Shown: positions 6,932 through 15,406 of the stretch, in pieces
Layout: each line of letters starts with the position of its first letter
How positions within the stretch are numbered: position 1 is the stretch's first letter
From: Caldivirga maquilingensis IC-167
Lineage (GTDB): Archaea > Thermoproteota > Thermoprotei > Thermoproteales > Thermocladiaceae
DNA: 32,000 nucleotides
Assembly (NCBI RefSeq): GCF_000018305.1
Contig: NC_009954.1
Coordinates: 1,410,001 to 1,442,000 of the forward strand
Direction of reading: 5' to 3'
Notes under the pieces: generated by a model
Database searches by the model: none
Seen by the model: the letters and a program-made list of their open reading frames with translations, nothing else
What the model was told of the DNA's origin: nothing
Program-made: the position numbers and the translations under genes

Positions 6932-9277
6932 GTGGAGAAGAGGGTTTACTTAGTGGATATTACCTATGGATTAGTGGGTAATTCACCTGAGATTAGGATG
7001 TTTGGTGTTGATGAGAATGGTGAGAAGGTTGTTATCCTGGATAGGGGGTTTAGGCCATACTTCTACGTGATTCCAGAGGAGGGGTTTGAGGATCAGGTGG
7101 CTAGGGTTATTGGTAAGATGCAGAATGTTATTAAGGCTGATGTAACCGAGAGGAGGCTCTTCGGTAAGCCGATTAAGGTTGTTAAGGTGACTGTCACTGT
7201 ACCGGATAAGGTTAGGGAGCTTAGGGATAGGGTTAAGTCTATTCAACACGTTAAGGAAGTCCTGGAGGCTGACATTAGATTCTACATTAGGTATATGATT
7301 GATAATGATATTAGGCCAGGTTGGTTAATGTTCAGTAACCTTAAACCAGTAGACAATAAGATTGGGGGCGTTAGTAACGTATACTTAACCGAAACCCCAC
7401 CCACCTCACTTGACTTAGGCATAATGCCGAGGCTCAACTACATGGCCCTTGACATCGAGGTATATAATCCAAGAGGCACCCCTGACCCTAAGAGGGATCC
7501 CATTATAATAATAGCCTTAGCCAACAGTAACGGTGACGTTAAGCTACTGACCCTTGATAATTACAAGCATGAGAGGGAGATGCTTAACGATATGATGAGT
7601 GTGATTAAGGAATGGGACCCCGACGTATTATTCGGCTATAATTCAAATAAATTCGACATGCCTTACCTGGTTAATAGGGCTGATGCATTAAACGTTAAGC
7701 TTCAATTATCGAAGTACGGTACACCACCTGAGCAGAGTGTTTACGGGCATTGGTCAATAATAGGGAGGGCCCACATTGACTTATACAACTTCATCGAGGA
7801 TATGACTGATGTTAAGAGGAAGAGCCTTGACTACGTTGCCGAGTACTTTGGGGTAATGAAGAGGAGTGAACGCGTTAACATACCTGGCCATAGGATTTAC
7901 CAGTACTGGGATGATGAAGGTAAGCGTAGTCAATTAATTAAGTACGCTAGGGATGATGTGTTAAGCACCCTTGGGTTAGGTAAAATACTCCTACCCTACG
8001 CCATGCAGCTTGCCTCAGTATCAGGCCTACCGCTGGATCAAGTTGGCCCAGCCAGTGTTGGTTCAAGGGTTGAGATGATGATAATGCATGAGGCCTACAA
8101 GATGGGTGAACTAGCCCCAAATAGGGTTGAGAGACCATATGAAACTTATAAGGGTGCTATTGTGCTTGAACCAAAGCCAGGCATTCACTATAATATTGCT
8201 GTACTAGACTTCTCATCCATGTACCCAAACATAATGCTTAAGTACAATATTTCACCGGACACATTGGTACTGGATTCATCAGAGGGCGACTACTACACCG
8301 CCCCTGAGGTTGGTTACAGGTTTAGGAAGAGTCCTAGGGGGCTTTACGCATCATTACTTCAGAAGCTTATTGAGGCTAGGCGTGAGGCTAGGGATGAGAT
8401 GAGGAATTACCCTGAGGGTTCATTTGAATGGGTTCTACTTAATGAGAGGCAGAGGGCTCTTAAGATTATGGCTAACGCCATGTATGGTTACTGCGGTTGG
8501 CTTGGGGCTAGGTGGTATATTAGGGAGGTTGCTGAATCAGTTACAGCCTGGGGTAGGTATTTACTTAAGACGGCGATGAGTATGGCTAAGGAAAGGGGGT
8601 TAACGGTAATATACGGTGACACTGATAGTCTCTTCGTCACTTACGATAAGGATAAGGTTGCTGACATAATAAGTAGGATTAATGAAATGGGTTTTGAGGT
8701 TAAGATAGATAAGGTTTACAGTAAATTAATATTCACTGAATCTAAGAAGAGGTACATTGGGTTAACTGCTGATGGTGAAGTGGATATAGTGGGTTTCGAG
8801 GCCGTTAGGGGCGATTGGAGTGAATTAGCTAGGAATGTGCAGGAGAGGGTTGCTGAATTAGTACTGAGGGAGAGTGTTGATGAGGCTGTTAAGTATGTTA
8901 AGTCAGTTATTGATGATTTAAGGAACTACAGGTTCACGATTGATGATGTTATAATTTGGAAAACCCTGGATAAGGATATTAATGAGTATAAGGCTATTCA
9001 ACCCCACGTTGTTGCTGCGAGGAGGCTCATGGAGAAGGGTTACGTGGTTAATAAGGGTGATACCGTGGGTTTCGTGATTGTTAAGGATAGTGGTGATAAG
9101 TTGACTCAGAGGGCTTACCCATACGTATTCATCAATGATGTTAAGGAAATTGACGTTGACTACTACGTGGAGAAGCAGGTTATTCCAGCGGCCTTAAGGA
9201 TACTTGAGGTCTTTGGCGTGAATGAGGCGGCGTTACTTGGTAAAACAGGTAAAAGCATTCTTGATTACTTCCATTGA
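6932..9277 (+). CDS. polB: family B DNA polymerase (781 aa, no intein, all catalytic motifs intact; PolB paralog subtype not resolved)
   Basis: Exo I: LALDIEV. Exo II: NSNKFDMPYL. Exo III: YARDDV. Pol A: LDFSSMYPNIM. Pol B: KIMANAMYGYCG. Pol C: YGDTDS. GTG start at 6932, ~20-27 nt after an AT-rich box (~6905-6915). Confidence 0.95.
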   Translation: MEKRVYLVDITYGLVGNSPEIRMFGVDENGEKVVILDRGFRPYFYVIPEEGFEDQVARVIGKMQNVIKADVTERRLFGKPIKVVKVTVTVPDKVRELRDRVKSIQHVKEVLEADIRFYIRYMIDNDIRPGWLMFSNLKPVDNKIGGVSNVYLTETPPTSLDLGIMPRLNYMALDIEVYNPRGTPDPKRDPIIIIALANSNGDVKLLTLDNYKHEREMLNDMMSVIKEWDPDVLFGYNSNKFDMPYLVNRADALNVKLQLSKYGTPPEQSVYGHWSIIGRAHIDLYNFIEDMTDVKRKSLDYVAEYFGVMKRSERVNIPGHRIYQYWDDEGKRSQLIKYARDDVLSTLGLGKILLPYAMQLASVSGLPLDQVGPASVGSRVEMMIMHEAYKMGELAPNRVERPYETYKGAIVLEPKPGIHYNIAVLDFSSMYPNIMLKYNISPDTLVLDSSEGDYYTAPEVGYRFRKSPRGLYASLLQKLIEARREARDEMRNYPEGSFEWVLLNERQRALKIMANAMYGYCGWLGARWYIREVAESVTAWGRYLLKTAMSMAKERGLTVIYGDTDSLFVTYDKDKVADIISRINEMGFEVKIDKVYSKLIFTESKKRYIGLTADGEVDIVGFEAVRGDWSELARNVQERVAELVLRESVDEAVKYVKSVIDDLRNYRFTIDDVIIWKTLDKDINEYKAIQPHVVAARRLMEKGYVVNKGDTVGFVIVKDSGDKLTQRAYPYVFINDVKEIDVDYYVEKQVIPAALRILEVFGVNEAALLGKTGKSILDYFH

Positions 9278-9331
9278 TGGGTTAACATTTACGCGAAAGA
9301 TTTTTAAAAGTGCAGTGTCACGTTGAGTGCA

Positions 9332-10081
9332 ATGTCAGCTACACCACTAGCACCACCTACTGGTCCTGAGGAGGTTCATATAGAGGTTGATGAGGAGACT
9401 AAGGGTATAATAAGGGAGATGCTTTCACAAATGGTTAACCCAGTGACCTTCGATCTCTTCACAACAGGCAATTGCGCAGGCAGGGACACTAACTGGTGCA
9501 CACCAACGGAGGAGCTCCTTGATCTATTATCCAGTTTAGCACCTGAGGGTAAGTTAATAGTTAATAAGCATAGGCTTGATCAGAATAAGGATGATGGGGC
9601 TAAGTTCAATGTTGAGGAGAATAGGGTTCCCGTAATATACATTAATGGAGGCATAATAAGGTACTTTGGCGCACCACTGGGTGAGGAGGTTAGGGCATTC
9701 ATAGAGACTATAACAAGGATATCAACCGGTAAAACAGGGTTAAGGGCTAGGACAAAGAGTACCTTAGCCTCAATGATTAACTCAGATGCGAAGACAGTTG
9801 AAGTAGTAACAGTGGTTACCCCATCATGCCCATACTGCCCCTACGCCGTACTGTTAGCCAACATGTTCGCCTATGAAAGTAAGGGTAAGGTTAGGTCAGT
9901 GGTTGTTGAGGCCTATGAGGAACCGGACATAGCGGACATGTACGGTGTAACAGCCGTACCAACTGTGGTAATTAGGAATGAGGGCTCAACCGGTGATGTT
10001 GAGTTCGTTGGAGTACCACCTGAGGCTGACTTACTTAAGAAGGTACTATCATACAGTGGTTTTAACCCTCCTGGCCAGTAG
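9332..10081 (+). CDS. protein disulfide oxidoreductase (PDO; two thioredoxin-fold glutaredoxin-like protein)
   Basis: C-terminal unit with CPYCP active site and VTAVPT cis-Pro loop. N-terminal unit has CAGRDTNWC instead of CxxC. ATG 9332 lies 23-31 nt after TTTTTAAAAG (9301-9310). The ORF track's TTG at 9323 is less likely. Confidence 0.75.
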   Translation: MSATPLAPPTGPEEVHIEVDEETKGIIREMLSQMVNPVTFDLFTTGNCAGRDTNWCTPTEELLDLLSSLAPEGKLIVNKHRLDQNKDDGAKFNVEENRVPVIYINGGIIRYFGAPLGEEVRAFIETITRISTGKTGLRARTKSTLASMINSDAKTVEVVTVVTPSCPYCPYAVLLANMFAYESKGKVRSVVVEAYEEPDIADMYGVTAVPTVVIRNEGSTGDVEFVGVPPEADLLKKVLSYSGFNPPGQ

Positions 10082-10118
10082 GTCTTGGGAATTATTTAAG
10101 TGTAAAAAGCAGTGTTAT

Positions 10119-10979
10119 TCAGGAACTTGAATCATCATAACCCTGCATTGTTAAGTACCTGTAGCTACCCAGGATCTTAACGTATGCTGAATGCTCCCTA
10201 AGTTCATTAATTGCCTTAAGGCACTTCCCATCACTTAAACTGCATTCAACCTCAAGAATGAAGTCATACTCCCACGGCCCCATTTTATTAGGCCTGGAGT
10301 ATATCATTGTTAAGTTAAGTTCAGCCTCAGCAAAGGGCTTTAAGGCTGAGTAAAGTGAACCAGGCTTATTCGGTACTGAGAATATTACCAGTGACCTATC
10401 ACCAATGTTACCCACATCCCTCTGTAGTATTAGGAATTTAGTGAAGCTTGGTTTATCCTCAATACCGCAGGTAATCGTCTTTAATCCCCTTAACTGTGCA
10501 CCAAGCCTTGAGGCAACCGCAGCCCTCTCCCTATGTCCAATAACCATGTTAAGTGCCTCGGCTGTTGATGATGTCTGCCTAATGGTGGCATTCAGCCCGC
10601 TGAGGAATTCCTTGGACTCCTCAATGGCATGTGGATGCGAGTATATTTCCTTAATTTCACTGAGTGAATCAACATCATTATTAACCACTAAGCATAGTGA
10701 AACCCTATACTCAACACTGGCCTTGACACCCACATTCCACTTAATTAATGCATCAATGGTATCACCCACTATGCCTGCTAGGTTATTCTCAAAAGGCACC
10801 ACACCGTAGTTGAATTGACCATTGTAAACACCCTTAACAATATCATTAATTCCCTTAACAGGAATCATGGTGCCGTTCAGCAGCATTAACGCAACCTCAT
10901 GGCTAAATGTTCCCTCAGGACCAAGGTAAGCCACCTTACGGTTACTGTTAAGGTACCCCTTAATTACGCTTAAAACCAC
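10119..10979 (-). CDS. pheA: prephenate dehydratase with C-terminal ACT domain
   Basis: YLGPEGTFSHEVA N-terminal motif, TKFLIL (TRF-like) motif, ACT region with IYSRPNK (ESRP-like) motif. GTG start at 10979 is the only canonical start. Confidence 0.85.
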   Translation of the reverse strand: MVLSVIKGYLNSNRKVAYLGPEGTFSHEVALMLLNGTMIPVKGINDIVKGVYNGQFNYGVVPFENNLAGIVGDTIDALIKWNVGVKASVEYRVSLCLVVNNDVDSLSEIKEIYSHPHAIEESKEFLSGLNATIRQTSSTAEALNMVIGHRERAAVASRLGAQLRGLKTITCGIEDKPSFTKFLILQRDVGNIGDRSLVIFSVPNKPGSLYSALKPFAEAELNLTMIYSRPNKMGPWEYDFILEVECSLSDGKCLKAINELREHSAYVKILGSYRYLTMQGYDDSSS

Positions 10980-11214
10980 TGGTTCCTTTACATCATCAAC
11001 AATATCAAGTGGATTCAGGTCCTGCGGCAGATTACTTAGGAGACTTTTAAGCCTGCTAATGGATTCCTCACTCTGCTTAATTAAATCCGTTACCTGACTT
11101 AGAATTCCGACTTATCCATGCCTGGGTTTAGTGATTAGTGTTAATAAGCATTAACCCATGTGGTTAAGTTCGGGTAATTAAATGTTTTAACATTGAAGGC
11201 TAGTGGTCATGACT

Positions 11215-11469
11215 TTAAATAATGTCGGTATCCTCTGATTCAGTGGCCTCATGGCCTTGTTCAACAATCCTCCAGTAAGCAACCTTCCCCCTTTTAATCT
11301 CCCTAATTGCCCCATCCCTCTGAAGTAGTCTCAGTATATAGAATACTTGACTATGACTAAGCCCAGTGGTTTTAACAAGGTCGTTAGTGGATACTTCCCC
11401 CCTCTTCCTTATAATCTCCAGTATATCATTCTTCCTCTCCAGTATTTTATTGGTCTGCTTCCTGGGCAT
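11215..11469 (-). CDS. small winged-helix DNA-binding transcriptional regulator (84 aa, ArsR/MarR-like fold) with acidic tail
   Basis: ILEIIRKRGEVSTNDLVKTTGLSHSQVFYILRLLQRDGAIRE is a typical HTH plus wing pattern. TATA (minus-strand AATATTTAAAATAA, + ~11490-11503) lies ~25-33 nt upstream of the ATG. Confidence 0.7.
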   Translation of the reverse strand: MPRKQTNKILERKNDILEIIRKRGEVSTNDLVKTTGLSHSQVFYILRLLQRDGAIREIKRGKVAYWRIVEQGHEATESEDTDII

Positions 11470-11608
11470 AACTCATTTGTGTACTGAGTTATTTTAAATA
11501 TTAACTCAACAGGATTGTTCTCATACTTGAGTATTACTTCAGTTAATTCATCTTCTCCTCATCATTAGGCTCTGGTGTCACTCATCACCAGGCTTATTAG
11601 TGCTTAGG

Positions 11609-11629
11609 GGGAATATTTAAATAATTCCC
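11609..11629 (+). promoter_or_regulatory. TATA box (ATTTAAATA) bracketed by 6-bp inverted repeat GGGAAT/ATTCCC, promoter of the surface-protein gene
   Basis: Read directly: GGGAAT 11609-11614 and ATTCCC 11624-11629. The ATG at 11646 is ~25-30 nt downstream of the box. Confidence 0.6.
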
Positions 11630-11645
11630 TTAACTGAACAGTATA

Positions 11646-14036
11646 ATGAGAATAATATTAGTAGCTTTACTAGTATGTATATTAGTGCTTCCATTAACTG
11701 CACTTAGCTTAACCTTGGAATCATTCACCCCAGTTAACGAAACAATGATTACCCTAACCCCATACATAGGCTACGGCATAGTGATTACTGGGGTTTACTC
11801 AAACCCAAGTGTAAACTACCTCTACGTACTCTATGCGCGGATTAACGCAACTGGTGGTGTATTAATAATGAGTAACGGTAACGTGATCGGGAATGTTAAT
11901 CTCCCCAACTGTACGCAACCTTACCTAGCAGCCATTAATTATGAGGGAAACGTGATCTATGTCTCATGCCCCGCAAGTAACCTGGTTTATGAAATAAACG
12001 GCTATACTGCATCAATAATTGGTTCAATTCCAGTTTCCTTTGAGCCAACGTGGGTTTACTACGATAATTACACAAATCAACTATACGTGGTTGCCTATGG
12101 TTCCGGGAAATTCCTTCAATACAATATGATTAACTCAACATTAAGGTACTTTGAGGTGGCGTCAACGATAAGTAACCTATGGCCACCTGAGATAATTATA
12201 CCAAATGGTAAGCTTAACCTAGTATACGTAATATACGCCACAGGTTACATCCTATACCTAAACAATACCACACTGCAACTCCCCAGGAGTTACTGCTTAA
12301 ACTGCATAATAGTTAACTTAAACTCAACACCCCTCTACGCGTATTATGATGAGGAGCATAACATACTATTCGTATCAACTAAGGGAGGCTTATATGCGTT
12401 AAATGGTTCAACAGGCAGTATCCTTTATAATATAAGTATCTCCCCAACATGGCTAACGGCTAACGTTAATGAAAGTCTACTCTACGCCTTAGTCAATGAC
12501 CTGGTTTACGTTTACGAATACACTGAAGGCATGTACTTTGAAATCGGTGTGATACATTTACCATCAGTTGGGTCATCAATAACAATGATTGGTAATAAGC
12601 TGTACGCCGCATTACCCAGCCTAGGCATTATTGATGAGGTCACCTTCTACAAGAGCCCGAATGGACTCTACCCACTATACCTTTACGTAAACTCATCAAA
12701 CTATAACGTGACTTTAAACGGTCCAGTGGACTTGAGGCTAATTAACCTTCACTATAATGCAACGGTAATGCTGCCTAACGGCATATATAATTTAACAATA
12801 ATGACTCCTAAGGGTTACTACATTCAGCCGGCTAGCGTAATATTTGCGATACATGATTCAACAGTAAAGATAACTGCACCGGTGTACGCATCATATAAGT
12901 TAATATTCATGGAGGAGGGGTTGGCGTTAAATGATACGTGGAGCGTCTGGGTTTATGGTTTAACATCATACGGTAACCTATTTAATGAAACATTATCAGC
13001 CCCAGCCGGTAAGGAGATTGTGTTTTATCTTGAACCTGGATCCTATAGGTTCATTATTAATCCAGTGTTCGGGTATTCACCAACACCCCCAAACGGCTTA
13101 GTATCAGTATCCTCAGCCGGCAGTATTGTGATTCCAGTTAACTTCACTTTAATTAATTACCCAGTTAACATTAATGTAACTAACATGGTGAGCGGGCTAA
13201 GTGTTAAGGCGATTGTGCACGGGAAGACGATAGCCGGTACCACGGTTAACGAGGACTTAACAATAATGGTACCATACTACACCATACTGCTTCCTGACGG
13301 TGAATACACGTTTACTGTAACTGATGTGACTTACGGATCATATAATAAGGTCGCGTCCCCAACCGTGAATAACATAGCCTTCACAGTGTGGGCTGGGATT
13401 AGGAACATTAATGTGTCTCTTAGTGTTAATTATTACCCACTTGAGGTAAGTGAAACCGGGTTAATTAACAATGTTAAGTGGAGCTTAGGTGTAAGTGGAG
13501 TGTTCTTCAATGGTACACGCTACTCCTACGCAACAACCCTAACTTCACCCAGTGACTCAGTAACACTAATGCTGCCTGACGGATCATATACCGTGTCATC
13601 AACCTCAAGCTACTTTAATGGATTCAACAACCCGTACAGTGCACCCGCCAGGAGTGTAACGATAAATGGGGCTGGGGCTAACGTTACATTAACATTCACG
13701 CCAGTATCCTATACGCTCATAATTAGGGTGAGTACCATATTGGGGTTAGGGCAATACACGGTTAATGTGGTTGGTGTCCAATTCAATGGTCAACCATACT
13801 CACTGAGGTTAAAGTCAACTCAAGCACTACTAGCTGTATCACTAGTGAGCGGTGATTACTTAATACAGATTAATGGACCATACTACATTACATCCTACAG
13901 TAAGCACTTGGTAATAAACGGGTTCATGCCTGCACCGTTAAGCGTTAGGTTAATAGGATTAATGCTACCTGTAATAATAATAGCGGTTATTGCAGTAATA
14001 GTAGTGTTAATGCTTAGGAGGCTTGGATACATATGA
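11646..14036 (+). CDS. secreted, C-terminally membrane-anchored surface protein: N-terminal YVTN-type beta-propeller-like half plus five Ig-like (PEGA/CarboxypepD_reg-like) repeats; likely heavily N-glycosylated
   Basis: Signal peptide: MRIILVALLVCILVLPLTALS. About 7 recurrences of N-x-[LV]-Y-[VA] blade motifs (NYLYVLYA, NVIYVSC, NQLYVVAYGSG, NLVYVIYA, ILFVSTKGGLYALNGSTG, LLYALVNDLVYVY, NKLYAAL). Five ~85-90 aa repeats, each with LP[DN]GxY or a variant (LPNGIYNL, LEPGSYRF, LPDGEYTF, LPDGSYTV, LVSGDYLI). About 22 N-x-S/T sequons by eye. C-terminal TM IGLMLPVIIIAVIAVIVVLML followed by RRLGYI. Confidence 0.8.
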   Translation: MRIILVALLVCILVLPLTALSLTLESFTPVNETMITLTPYIGYGIVITGVYSNPSVNYLYVLYARINATGGVLIMSNGNVIGNVNLPNCTQPYLAAINYEGNVIYVSCPASNLVYEINGYTASIIGSIPVSFEPTWVYYDNYTNQLYVVAYGSGKFLQYNMINSTLRYFEVASTISNLWPPEIIIPNGKLNLVYVIYATGYILYLNNTTLQLPRSYCLNCIIVNLNSTPLYAYYDEEHNILFVSTKGGLYALNGSTGSILYNISISPTWLTANVNESLLYALVNDLVYVYEYTEGMYFEIGVIHLPSVGSSITMIGNKLYAALPSLGIIDEVTFYKSPNGLYPLYLYVNSSNYNVTLNGPVDLRLINLHYNATVMLPNGIYNLTIMTPKGYYIQPASVIFAIHDSTVKITAPVYASYKLIFMEEGLALNDTWSVWVYGLTSYGNLFNETLSAPAGKEIVFYLEPGSYRFIINPVFGYSPTPPNGLVSVSSAGSIVIPVNFTLINYPVNINVTNMVSGLSVKAIVHGKTIAGTTVNEDLTIMVPYYTILLPDGEYTFTVTDVTYGSYNKVASPTVNNIAFTVWAGIRNINVSLSVNYYPLEVSETGLINNVKWSLGVSGVFFNGTRYSYATTLTSPSDSVTLMLPDGSYTVSSTSSYFNGFNNPYSAPARSVTINGAGANVTLTFTPVSYTLIIRVSTILGLGQYTVNVVGVQFNGQPYSLRLKSTQALLAVSLVSGDYLIQINGPYYITSYSKHLVINGFMPAPLSVRLIGLMLPVIIIAVIAVIVVLMLRRLGYI

Positions 14037-14072
14037 TGCCTCATTAAGGTATGGATGAAGCATCATTAATAA

Positions 14073-14107
14073 CCTAGGTACGTTTATAAATTAAGCGTAA
14101 TCCTAGG
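14073..14107 (+). promoter_or_regulatory. TATA box TTTATAAA (14083-14090) flanked by imperfect inverted repeat CCTAGGTACG / CGTA(AT)CCTAGG
   Basis: Read directly: CCTAGG at 14073-14078 and 14102-14107. The ATG of the radical SAM gene is at 14116. Confidence 0.55.
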
Positions 14108-14115
14108 CTCCGCAA

Positions 14116-15270
14116 ATGATACCCGTAAGCGTCATGGTTACAGGCTCAGGAACAGTATCAGTTAAGATTAAGGGTAGATTCGGGGTTAATCACCCCAGTG
14201 AATTCTCAAGCCCAATTAGGCCCGTTGTCTCATGGAACATAACCAGGAGGTGTAATTTAAAGTGCCTGCACTGTTACATAAGTGCTGGTGATGCTGATGA
14301 GAATGAGTTAACTACTGAGGAGGCAATGAACCTGGTGGAGCAGTTCAGTGAATTAAAGGTCCCATTAATACTATTCACTGGTGGTGAACCATTAATGAGG
14401 GGTGATTTAATTAAGCTGGCTCACTATGCTAGGGATAAGGGTATTAGGATTGCCTTATCCACTAATGGAACATTAATAACTAGGGAAATGGCCTCTAAAC
14501 TGGCTGAAGCAGGCTTCTCATACATTGGAGTCTCCCTGGATTCAATAAACAGTGAGTTTCATGATAAATTCAGGGGGGTGGGGGGTGCCTTCGCTAAGAC
14601 TATCCTGGGTATTAGGAATGCCATTGATGCTGGGTTAGATGTTGGCTTAAGGTTCACCTTAACCTCAATGAACATTAATGAGGTTTCATCGTACATTGAA
14701 TTCGCGTTATCACTGGGTGTTAGGAGAATAACATTTTATCACCTATCAGCCTCAGGTAGGGCTCAAAGGTTAAGTAGGGATTGGTGGTATACACCGTCGC
14801 AGTACGTTAAATTCATGAATGATTTAATCAAGTACGCTAAGGATTACTCAGGTAAAATTGAAATTGAAACAACCCTAGGTTCATTCGATGGAGTATACAT
14901 AGCCCTAAAACTAGCTAAGAATAAGGAGGAATTAGATAATTACCTCAGGTTCGTGGAGTCAACGGGAGGCTGCGGTAGGAAGATAATATCAATATACCCT
15001 AACGGTGACGTTTACCCATGCCAATTCATAGACTTCATTAAGCTCGGTAACGTTAGGGAGAAGAGACTAGCAGACATATTAATGGAATCAAACCTAGACC
15101 TATTCGTAAACACTGAAAAATACCTTAAGGGACCTAGGTGCTCCGCATGCCAATTTAAGAAGTATTGTAAGGGTGGGGATAGGGCGAGGGCATATTACCT
15201 AACAGGTGACGTTTACGGTGACGACCCCCTCTGCCCAATACCAAGCATAATTAATAACCCGCAGGATTAA
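14116..15270 (+). CDS. radical SAM enzyme with C-terminal SPASM-type auxiliary Fe-S domain (NirJ/AhbC/AhbD-like or other maturase)
   Basis: CNLKCLHCY (CX3CX2C) after WNITRR, GGEPL motif. C-terminal Cys-rich region: [29 protein letters not shown]. Confidence 0.85.
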   Translation: MIPVSVMVTGSGTVSVKIKGRFGVNHPSEFSSPIRPVVSWNITRRCNLKCLHCYISAGDADENELTTEEAMNLVEQFSELKVPLILFTGGEPLMRGDLIKLAHYARDKGIRIALSTNGTLITREMASKLAEAGFSYIGVSLDSINSEFHDKFRGVGGAFAKTILGIRNAIDAGLDVGLRFTLTSMNINEVSSYIEFALSLGVRRITFYHLSASGRAQRLSRDWWYTPSQYVKFMNDLIKYAKDYSGKIEIETTLGSFDGVYIALKLAKNKEELDNYLRFVESTGGCGRKIISIYPNGDVYPCQFIDFIKLGNVREKRLADILMESNLDLFVNTEKYLKGPRCSACQFKKYCKGGDRARAYYLTGDVYGDDPLCPIPSIINNPQD

Positions 15271-15406
15271 GTAAGCTTCCCGTGCTTAACATCGCCAATC
15301 CCCTCAACCCAATACCCCCTTAGAAGGAATGGAGGAGGTACCCTATCTTGAAGTAAGGTAATCACATTATTTAAAAGGACCACTGTAATGTTAATACACG
15401 CCATGG

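Noticed and set aside
10980-11111. A 44-codon open frame continuing upstream of the pheA GTG start (…VTDLIKQSEESISRLKSLLSNLPQDL…), considered as a remnant or fused chorismate mutase domain or an unusual start.
   Set aside because: It contains no ATG/GTG/TTG, is too short for an AroQ domain, and has no recognisable CM motifs. The other two frames have only tiny ORFs. It is most likely just 5' UTR/promoter sequence.
14116-15270. The radical SAM/SPASM enzyme as the anaerobic sulfatase-maturing enzyme for the sulfatase-family gene at 26272-27681.
   Set aside because: The genes are 11 kb apart and separated by unrelated operons. The sulfatase-like protein has Thr, not Cys/Ser, at the modification site, so it cannot be an anSME substrate. 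The N-terminal region looks more NirJ/Ahb/PqqE-like than AslB-like.
14051-15361. Micro-ORFs flanking the radical SAM gene (14051-14077, MDEASLIT; 15329-15361, MEEVPYLEVR), considered as RiPP precursor peptides.
   Set aside because: They are 8 and 10 codons, contain no Cys or other typical SPASM target residues, and have no promoter or SD signal. The first overlaps the promoter inverted repeat. Such ORFs are expected by chance.
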